Of a stretch of 27,558 bases of DNA, positions 1-5,691 are shown in pieces (the stretch's first letter is position 1; every line of letters starts with the position of its first letter). The notes under the pieces are model-generated. The model searched no databases. It was not told the DNA's origin and saw nothing but the letters and a program-made list of their open reading frames with translations. This DNA comes from a virus. Its lineage: Duplodnaviria > Caudoviricetes. Position numbers and translations under genes: made by a program. The stretch is taken from positions 1 to 27,558 of the IMG/VR virus record IMGVR_UViG_3300020599_000018; one strand, given 5' to 3'.

Positions 1-20
1 GCCTTGATGGGTTCGGACAT
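1..20 (-). CDS. 5' end of first early-left gene (MSEPIK..., truncated by window)
   Basis: ATG at 20..18 preceded on the minus strand by AAGGAGAGG Shine-Dalgarno. Confidence 0.6.
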
Positions 21-371
21 CGTCCTCTCCTTGGTTATGGTTGTCATCAGTAAGCGCCACACGTGACGCTTGCCGATGAGGCCTGTTTCCAGGCCCTTGG
101 TTGTCGTCTACTCCGACTGTCACCGAACGGAATATTCGCCTTCCTTCGGTTCTTGGCGTCCGGTTTCCCGGATGAACTGCATTGCCAGCATTCCAACTGG
201 CGTAGCGGTTTCTGCTCTTGGTCGCCTATACCTCACTCTCTTTGCCCGTATACGCGCTTTGGCGATTGGGTACGGCAGAGACACCGCGCAGAGCCCCAGC
301 CATGCCTGAGGGTGCGATTGAGCCGGACGAACACCCAACATAGGCGGGTGAGCAACATCGGCTGAGCATTT

Positions 372-383
372 TTTTAAAGAGCA
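372..383 (-). promoter_or_regulatory. boxA-like antitermination element (nutL position)
   Basis: Minus strand TGCTCTTTAAAA versus boxA consensus TGCTCTTTAACA, downstream of pL. Confidence 0.65.
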
Positions 384-464
384 ATCCGCCTTAGCGGTCC
401 CTCACCTTTGCCGTACTGGGCTGCCCTTGGGGCTAGGCTGTTTGGTGGTGAGTTGTTAGGAGTC

Positions 465-493
465 ATTAAACACCATGTTGAATATGTTGTCAA
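465..493 (-). promoter_or_regulatory. Early leftward promoter pL
   Basis: TTGACA (493..488) - 17 bp - TTTAAT (470..465), overlapped by operator sites. Confidence 0.85.
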
Positions 494-526
494 CAGTTTG
501 TTTAATCAAAAGCAACGCCGCGTTTA
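467..526. promoter_or_regulatory. OL operator triplet, consensus T(A/C)AAC-N5-GTT(T/G)A
   Basis: TAAACaccatGTTGA 467..481, TCAACagtttGTTTA 490..504, GCAACgccgcGTTTA 512..526; same motif occurs three times between cI and cro. Confidence 0.85.
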
Positions 527-539
527 CTGGAAAGGGTAT

Positions 540-740
540 TTAGGTGCGAGTGCCGTGCGCCTTATTGAGCGCCACCGTAACGATTCGGTGGGCGAGGGCA
601 AGCAGATGGCCGCGAGACTCAAGAGCGATAGCTGACATGTCTGCGGTCAACATAAGGAGGGTGAGGGCCTCCAGCTCTTCAAGCTCTGATATGACAGATG
701 GATGTAGTGGTGGTTTGAGCTCGTTATTGTTATCATTCAT
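540..740 (-). CDS. 66-aa hypothetical protein, candidate LexA-controlled antirepressor
   Basis: ORF with GAGGA RBS; SOS box about 90 bp upstream; function inferred from context only. Confidence 0.6.
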   Translation of the reverse strand: MNDNNNELKPPLHPSVISELEELEALTLLMLTADMSAIALESRGHLLALAHRIVTVALNKAHGTRT

Positions 741-743
741 GCC

Positions 744-811
744 GCTATCCTCTATAGCAAATTGCAGTTCTTACGCCCCGCGAAGGTCAGAGCTCGCGGG
801 GCGTTTCCTTT
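744..811 (+). ncRNA. Predicted ~68-nt antisense RNA to the leader/RBS of the 66-aa ORF (sar-like)
   Basis: Extended -10 TG-T-TATCAT at 728..736; 5' hairpin GCTAT-CCTCT-ATAGC (744..758); perfect 11-bp GC-rich stem 773..804 followed by TTCCTTT. Confidence 0.45.
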
Positions 812-828
812 GGTAGGTCTATATTGCA

Positions 829-844
829 CTGTGTAAATATACAG
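829..844. promoter_or_regulatory. LexA (SOS) box 1 within palindrome TTGCACTGT-N8-ACAGTGCAA (824..849)
   Basis: CTGTgtaaatatACAG matches CTGT-N8-ACAG with AT-rich spacer; intergenic. Confidence 0.85.
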
Positions 845-859
845 TGCAAGATGTGTTCC

Positions 860-879
860 GGTGGATAACTTGTGGATAG
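860..879. promoter_or_regulatory. Two tandem DnaA-box-like sites
   Basis: GGTGGATAA (860..868) and TGTGGATAG (871..879), each 8/9 to TGTGGATAA. Confidence 0.5.
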
Positions 880-974
880 TCGGCGCAAGGGCTTGAGTGG
901 CGGGGCGATTCGAAAGGGATCGGGGGAAACCCTACTCAGAGCGAGCGGGCTGGGTCAGGGGAGGAGGAGCGGGC

Positions 975-999
975 AAAAGAAAACCCGCCGTGGCGGGTT
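975..999 (-). terminator. Intrinsic terminator (leftward)
   Basis: Minus strand AACCCGCC-AC-GGCGGGTT followed by TTCTTTT. Confidence 0.7.
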
Positions 1000-1044
1000 G
1001 GTGCGAAGCTATACTTCTATGGGTGGGTCGATAGGGAGGCGGGC

Positions 1045-1389
1045 ATGGAAAAGCCGGGGAAGGTGGTTGTTGCGTTACAGGTCTTTGAGGGCTTGATCGG
1101 GATGGCATTAGTGCTTTGTGCCGCCGCTTTGTTTTTTGCAGGGCCCGCCATTTGGGCTTACCAAGCGTACACATGGATGCGCTCGGGAGTCTGGCATTCT
1201 CTTTCAGTTGTGGATGGCTTGGTTATTGTGGGCGTTGAGCTTGATTGGCTATACCGCCCAGTTGACTTCATTGGCGTACACAAGGCCTTAGAAATGGCGC
1301 CTGCTTCGTTGGTGCTGATGTTATTGGCGCTCGTCCCTGCTTACTTTCACTCCAGGCTCTCTGAAAGCAGCCCGTTTGGGGCCTATTAG
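1045..1389 (+). CDS. 114-aa membrane protein (accessory gene)
   Basis: GGGAGG RBS; long N-terminal hydrophobic segment and a C-terminal hydrophobic segment. Confidence 0.75.
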   Translation: MEKPGKVVVALQVFEGLIGMALVLCAAALFFAGPAIWAYQAYTWMRSGVWHSLSVVDGLVIVGVELDWLYRPVDFIGVHKALEMAPASLVLMLLALVPAYFHSRLSESSPFGAY

Positions 1390-1407
1390 CCATTAGACGA
1401 ACCGTGC

Positions 1408-1435
1408 AAAATAAAACCCGGCGCGGGGCCGGGTT
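1408..1435 (-). terminator. Intrinsic terminator after P63C gene
   Basis: Minus strand AACCCGGC-loop-GCCGGGTT followed by TTATTTT. Confidence 0.75.
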
Positions 1436-1456
1436 GGTGTGGCGCTCGAAGCCAGT

Positions 1457-2371
1457 CTAATTACTGTTCTTGGGCGGCAGGTAGAGCGTAAATTGAACTG
1501 GCTTGTTCCCGTAATGCTCAGCGACCTTTTGCCGGAGTTCTCTCATGTTTTGGCAAGGCTTGGCCATACCGATGATCTCATAGCATCGAGAAACCAATTG
1601 TCGGACGCCGATATCTTCGGAAAGCTGCTGATGCCACCTTACGTCGGGCGGCGGCCTATTGTTCTTTAAGTACTCGGCGACATCTGGGTCCAGGGTGTCA
1701 TAAATCAGTTCAATTACGAGCTTGCCCCACCACTTCGGCCTGGACTGTAATGGTGTTGCCCAATTGGTGAGGCGCCCGAATTCTTCCCACAACTCGTCCG
1801 GAAAGGTTTTTTCCCACGCGCGAAGCTCTTCTGCGATGAAGGCGCGCAGCTTAACTTGTAATGCATCTTCCGCTCGTTCGTACTGGTACCCAGTAGCCTC
1901 GTCCACTAGCGCATCCAGGCCGGTCCGGGTGAGGCCGGACGTTAGGACGGCGCACTTGATGGCGATTTCACGCTGCCGGTCGGTAAGGTGGGCGCCTTGA
2001 TAAAGCGCCTGAACATAGCCCCTGCAAATGAGCTCAAAATGCTCAGTCGTCAGCCCGAGCCCTTTCAGCTGGGTTCCGGGGATCGAAAACTCGATTAGTT
2101 CGGCCAGGATTAAGTCTTTGTTTATAAAAGGATTTAGGGCTGAAACCCCGATGAATTTGGCCAGGTCGCCAGAGTCTGCATTGGCTATGGCCTTGACCGT
2201 CGCCCTCAGGGCGATCACGCGCTGTTCAGTGTCCAGCACGTAGCAATCAAGCTGCTCGCCCACCAGGTCTATTCGACCCTTCCATTTGGCGAATGGCGAA
2301 GTCATTGGGGTTTCGCCATACGTTAAATCGCCGATGCTCCCGGCGGCTTCTCCAAGATTCAAGTCGCTCAT
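1457..2371 (-). CDS. P63C domain-containing protein
   Basis: Motif ALVDEATGYQYER...LRAWEKTFPDELWEEFGRL...WWGKLVIELIY typical of the P63C family; GAGGAG RBS. Confidence 0.85.
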   Translation of the reverse strand: MSDLNLGEAAGSIGDLTYGETPMTSPFAKWKGRIDLVGEQLDCYVLDTEQRVIALRATVKAIANADSGDLAKFIGVSALNPFINKDLILAELIEFSIPGTQLKGLGLTTEHFELICRGYVQALYQGAHLTDRQREIAIKCAVLTSGLTRTGLDALVDEATGYQYERAEDALQVKLRAFIAEELRAWEKTFPDELWEEFGRLTNWATPLQSRPKWWGKLVIELIYDTLDPDVAEYLKNNRPPPDVRWHQQLSEDIGVRQLVSRCYEIIGMAKPCQNMRELRQKVAEHYGNKPVQFTLYLPPKNSN

Positions 2372-2457
2372 TATTTCTCCTCACATCCCCACATCAAACT
2401 AAATTCTTGTTACTTTGTGGGCCGAAGTTGTCAAGTTTAAGTAAAACTTGGCAATCT

Positions 2458-2799
2458 TCAGGTCGGTTTTTTATCGCTTAGGTACTTTTCCGCGTCCGCC
2501 AGCAGGTACTTCTTTTCTTTCTTGCCTAGGGCGCGGTAGGCGGCCAATAGTTGACGTTCGTCTTCGGGTAGGGCGTGTTCAAACTCATTTCCGCTCGATT
2601 CCGGCTCCCCGCCAAGCAGCTCATCGATAGAGCGGCCAAATAGTCGAGCGATTGGAGCGTGCCATTCAGGCGGCACTCCCCGCTTTTTCCAGTTAGAGAC
2701 GTTCTGAGGCAACAGCCCTAGGCGCGAGGCTATCTCGGTCTGATTCCAGCCCTCGCCTTCGCCCCACCTTTTCATTCGCTCGAACACCGATTCTTTCAT
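2458..2799 (-). CDS. CI-type XRE/HTH repressor, short form without S24 autoprotease domain
   Basis: HTH NQTEIASRLGLLPQNVSNWKKRG; only 113 aa; divergent from cro across operator triplet; TATCCT -10 (2811..2806) 6 nt before ATG suggests leaderless mRNA. Confidence 0.9.
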   Translation of the reverse strand: MKESVFERMKRWGEGEGWNQTEIASRLGLLPQNVSNWKKRGVPPEWHAPIARLFGRSIDELLGGEPESSGNEFEHALPEDERQLLAAYRALGKKEKKYLLADAEKYLSDKKPT

Positions 2800-2809
2800 C
2801 GCGTAAGGA

Positions 2810-2871
2810 TAAACAAATTGTTTATGTAGTTGTTAAACGGCGCGTTGACTTCAGATTCAACATAGCGTTTA
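2810..2871. promoter_or_regulatory. OR operator triplet
   Basis: TAAACaaattGTTTA 2810..2824, TAAACggcgcGTTGA 2834..2848, TCAACatagcGTTTA 2857..2871; starts spaced 24 and 23 bp. Confidence 0.88.
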
Positions 2872-2873
2872 AT
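2845..2873 (+). promoter_or_regulatory. Early rightward promoter pR
   Basis: TTGACT - 17 bp - TTTAAT immediately upstream of cro. Confidence 0.8.
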
Positions 2874-2882
2874 AGAGGCACT

Positions 2883-3083
2883 ATGAAAACGCACGAACAA
2901 GTCATCGACAGCCTGGGCGGGCCCACGAAAGTGGCCGAGTTGCTAGGCATTGCGCACGAACAGGGTGCTATCCAGCGCGTAAGCAACTGGAAGCGCCGTG
3001 GCATCCCGCCCCGTGTGATTCTGGAGCATCCAGACGTTTTCGCCGGAGTGCGCCCAGAGTTCAAAGAACCCACCCATGCGTAA
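2883..3083 (+). CDS. cro: Cro-like HTH regulator
   Basis: IDSLGGPTKVAELLG...RVSNWKRRGIPP; recognition helix nearly identical to CI (NVSNWKKRGVPP). Confidence 0.88.
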   Translation: MKTHEQVIDSLGGPTKVAELLGIAHEQGAIQRVSNWKRRGIPPRVILEHPDVFAGVRPEFKEPTHA

Positions 3084-3228
3084 TTCCAATCCCGACTCCC
3101 TTTCTCTTTTTTCTGCCTGTTTCGTCGGCCAACAAGCGCCCACGTTTAACACTTTAGGCGTGTCTTCAGACCGCTGGAATCGGGCAGATGCGGTAGGGCA
3201 TGCGGCTACCGATAGTGCGTACAGCATG

Positions 3229-3390
3229 TCAATGCACCGTCACGGCGCCGTCATCACCAATGCCGCGTTGCCAGTTCCACAACAGGCGCGAGTAGATACA
3301 CATGACATGTTCGTCGTCCGGCTCTGCAAAGGCTTGATGCGCAAGATCGACGGCCAGGTCAAAAAGGGCGGGGTGTTCCGGCTCGCTCAT
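3229..3390 (-). CDS. 53-aa hypothetical protein antisense within the cro-cII interval
   Basis: MSEPEHPALFDLAVDLAHQAFAEPDDEHVMCIYSRL...; protein-like helical composition; start at second Met of track ORF 3229..3426. Confidence 0.55.
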   Translation of the reverse strand: MSEPEHPALFDLAVDLAHQAFAEPDDEHVMCIYSRLLWNWQRGIGDDGAVTVH

Positions 3391-3477
3391 TGGGCCATTG
3401 TGGGCGACGGCAGTGGGTTTTTGCATTCGTACTTCCCGAGGGTGTTTGCGATGCCTACATCCTCTCTTTTTTTGCCC

Positions 3478-3525
3478 ATCGGAAGCTATCCGAACGCTTC
3501 CGAACTTTTCGGGGGTCTTCGGAAA
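3478..3525. repeat. Five 10-bp-phased WTCSGAA-like repeats upstream of cII-like gene
   Basis: ATCGGAAG 3478, ATCCGAAC 3488, TTCCGAAC 3498, TTCGGGGG 3508, TTCGGAAA 3518. Confidence 0.6.
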
Positions 3526-3914
3526 TGAACCAAGAAGCCTTGTTTTACGACACCTTTTCAGAGGCGCTAAAGGACGTGGTTAAAGCTGCTGGAGGCGCAA
3601 AATCCGTGGGTTGCAAGCTGTGGCCCGAGAAAACACCGGATGCCGCACACCGTACTTTACTTGACTGCTTGAACGATAACCGCGCTGAGAAGTTTTCGCC
3701 CGAGCAAGTCCTGTTGCTGCTCAAGATCGGTCGAGAGGTCGGATGCCACGCAGCCATCAACTACGTCGCTCGCGAGACTGGTTACAGCGATCCCAGGCCT
3801 ATCGAGCCAGAAGACGAACGCGCCCGGTTACAACGTGAGTTCGTCGAGGCTCAGAAAGCCATGTCCAAACTTGCCGAGCGCATGGAGCGTGTCGGCCTGT
3901 TGCGAGTGGCGTAA
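3525..3914 (+). CDS. CII-like transcriptional regulator (129 aa)
   Basis: ALKDVVKAAGGAKSVGCKLWPEK...LLDCLN..RAEKFSPEQV; position after cro; start re-assigned to ATG 3525. Confidence 0.65.
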   Translation: MNQEALFYDTFSEALKDVVKAAGGAKSVGCKLWPEKTPDAAHRTLLDCLNDNRAEKFSPEQVLLLLKIGREVGCHAAINYVARETGYSDPRPIEPEDERARLQREFVEAQKAMSKLAERMERVGLLRVA

Positions 3915-4324
3915 TGGAAAAGCAGGTCATCTATCTCACAAACCCGCTGGCTCGTCGTAATGCTGCGCACCTTGCAGCAACGGCACCCGATGGGTACCGC
4001 TGCGAGATACGACCGAAGACCCGTTCGTTGGCACAGAACGACATTCTCTGGTCAATCCTGACTGACATAAGTCGCCAGGTTGATTTTGTTGTCAACGGCA
4101 AGCTAGTCAAAGTCTCGCCCGAAGAAGTGAAAGACATTCTCACAGCCAGCTTAAAGCGTGAGACCCGTATGGCAATGGGGATTGATGGCGGCATGGTGCT
4201 GCTTGGTCAGCGCACCAGCCGCATGTCTGTTCGGGAAATGACGGAGCTTATCGAGCTTGCCCACGCATTCGGTACAGAGAAGGGCGTTCGTTGGTCGGCA
4301 ACATCGCTTGGGAGAGGGATATGA
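3914..4324 (+). CDS. ninB: NinB family recombination protein
   Basis: RSLAQNDILWSILTDISRQV and RTSRMSVREMTELIELAHAFG motifs. Confidence 0.88.
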   Translation: MEKQVIYLTNPLARRNAAHLAATAPDGYRCEIRPKTRSLAQNDILWSILTDISRQVDFVVNGKLVKVSPEEVKDILTASLKRETRMAMGIDGGMVLLGQRTSRMSVREMTELIELAHAFGTEKGVRWSATSLGRGI

Positions 4325-4716
4325 AGGGCCGCGCTGCCACTCTTGAGCAAAAGCACTACCACAGCTTACTGGCCGACCTGGGCTGCATCGCCTGTCGAAA
4401 AGACGGCAACCGCAACCCGGTTGTGAGCATTCACCACATTAACGGTCGCACGAAGCCAAACGCGCATTGGTTGGTACTGCCGCTTTGCGCGGGTCATCAC
4501 CAAGACGGAACAGGCGTTCCGGGGCTGATCGCTATTCATCCTTGGAAAACACGATTTGAAGCCAAATACGGCCCGCAAATGGTGTTGCTTGGCGAATGCA
4601 TCGATCTGCTCTTAGAGGCTGGCTGCATCGTGCCTGCTGGCGCCTTGGAGGCCGCGCAAAAACAAAACCCGGAGACTCTGGCAGGAGTTCCGGGCCTTTC
4701 AACTGCACACGCTTAA
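4321..4716 (+). CDS. Ref-family (RecA-dependent) HNH-type nuclease
   Basis: GCIAC...IHH..GRTK..AHWLVLPLCAGHHQ; ATGA overlap with ninB. Confidence 0.75.
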   Translation: MKGRAATLEQKHYHSLLADLGCIACRKDGNRNPVVSIHHINGRTKPNAHWLVLPLCAGHHQDGTGVPGLIAIHPWKTRFEAKYGPQMVLLGECIDLLLEAGCIVPAGALEAAQKQNPETLAGVPGLSTAHA

Positions 4717-4729
4717 AGGAGTACGTGCA

Positions 4730-4888
4730 ATGAATAACCAAATTCTATTTGAAGCCAAGGACAGGGTCAAGGCCCATCAAATGGCGATGGCACGGAACAT
4801 TGCCAAGCTGACGACGAAAAGGGCGCAAAAACAACAGGCGCATCTTCTGTGTGAGTCCCTCAAGCAGAGCATTAAGGCGAGGGCGTAG
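4730..4888 (+). CDS. 52-aa basic hypothetical protein (not in ORF track)
   Basis: AAGGA RBS; MNNQILFEAKDRVKAHQMAMARNIAKLTTKRAQKQQAHLLCESLKQSIKARA; fills gap before the replication gene. Confidence 0.7.
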   Translation: MNNQILFEAKDRVKAHQMAMARNIAKLTTKRAQKQQAHLLCESLKQSIKARA

Positions 4889-4890
4889 AC

Positions 4891-5691
4891 ATGGCGCGTA
4901 TCAGGACAATCAAACCTGATTTCTGGACGGATGAAAAACTCACTGAGTGCTCAATGAGTGCTCGTCTATTGTTCATCGGAATGCTGAACTTCGCGGATGA
5001 CAACGGCAACTTGGTAGCGTCCGCAAAGAAACTCAAGATGCAAGTCTTTCCCGCGGACAGCATTGAATGTCAGCCTTTGCTAGACGAGTTGATTGCTCAG
5101 GGAGTGATCATTGAGTATTCAGTGAATGGCGAGAACTACTTGCATATCAAGGGTTTCCGCAAGCATCAGGTAATCAATCGGCCCTCCAAATCGAGCATCC
5201 CGGAACCTGAATTCAATGAGGACTCACGGAATGCTCACGGAGGGCTCATTGACGGAAAGGAAGGGAAAGGAAAGGAAGGTATTAAAGACCCCCCTAACCC
5301 CCCTGCCGGGGGTGAGAGTCCGCGAGACGAGAAACCAAAACAGGAACGCAAGCCACGCATCCAACTGAAAACTTTCATCGAAAACTGCAAGACAGCCGGT
5401 GAGACTGCGATCAGTGGATACAAGCCCTTGCTGGAGTACGTAGAGGCGACTGGTCTGCCAATGGACTTTGTGCAACTGGCCTGGGAAGAATTCAAACGTC
5501 AGTTCGGGCCTGGGGGCAAAGACGAATCAAGGAAACAGGCCGACTGGAGGCGCCATTTCCTGAACTATGTCGAAAAGAACTACATGCGCCTTTGGTACGC
5601 CAAGGTTGGGGAGTACGGCAACGAGTACCTGCTGACCACTCAAGGACTGCAAGCCCAAGCGCTGCAGGCTAACCGGGAGGTGGTGGCATGA
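4891..5691 (+). CDS. Phage replication initiator (O-like/replisome organizer)
   Basis: MARIRTIKPDFWTDEK...ARLLFIGMLNFADDNG N-terminus; internal iterons; precedes helicase. Confidence 0.85.
   Translation: MARIRTIKPDFWTDEKLTECSMSARLLFIGMLNFADDNGNLVASAKKLKMQVFPADSIECQPLLDELIAQGVIIEYSVNGENYLHIKGFRKHQVINRPSKSSIPEPEFNEDSRNAHGGLIDGKEGKGKEGIKDPPNPPAGGESPRDEKPKQERKPRIQLKTFIENCKTAGETAISGYKPLLEYVEATGLPMDFVQLAWEEFKRQFGPGGKDESRKQADWRRHFLNYVEKNYMRLWYAKVGEYGNEYLLTTQGLQAQALQANREVVA
5212..5255 (+). repeat. Putative replication origin iterons (four 11-bp units)
   Basis: TTCAATGAGGA CTCACGGAATG CTCACGGAGGG CTCATTGACGG followed by a purine run; related pairs at 4939..4960 and 5107..5128. Confidence 0.65.

Noticed and set aside
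63-365. + strand ORFs 63..365 and 70..309
   Set aside because: Antisense to the pL transcript, no RBS, composition not protein-like
3076-3528. 150-aa + strand ORF between cro and cII-like gene
   Set aside because: No recognisable motifs or clear RBS; spans the better-looking antisense ORF and the phased repeat array; not fully excluded
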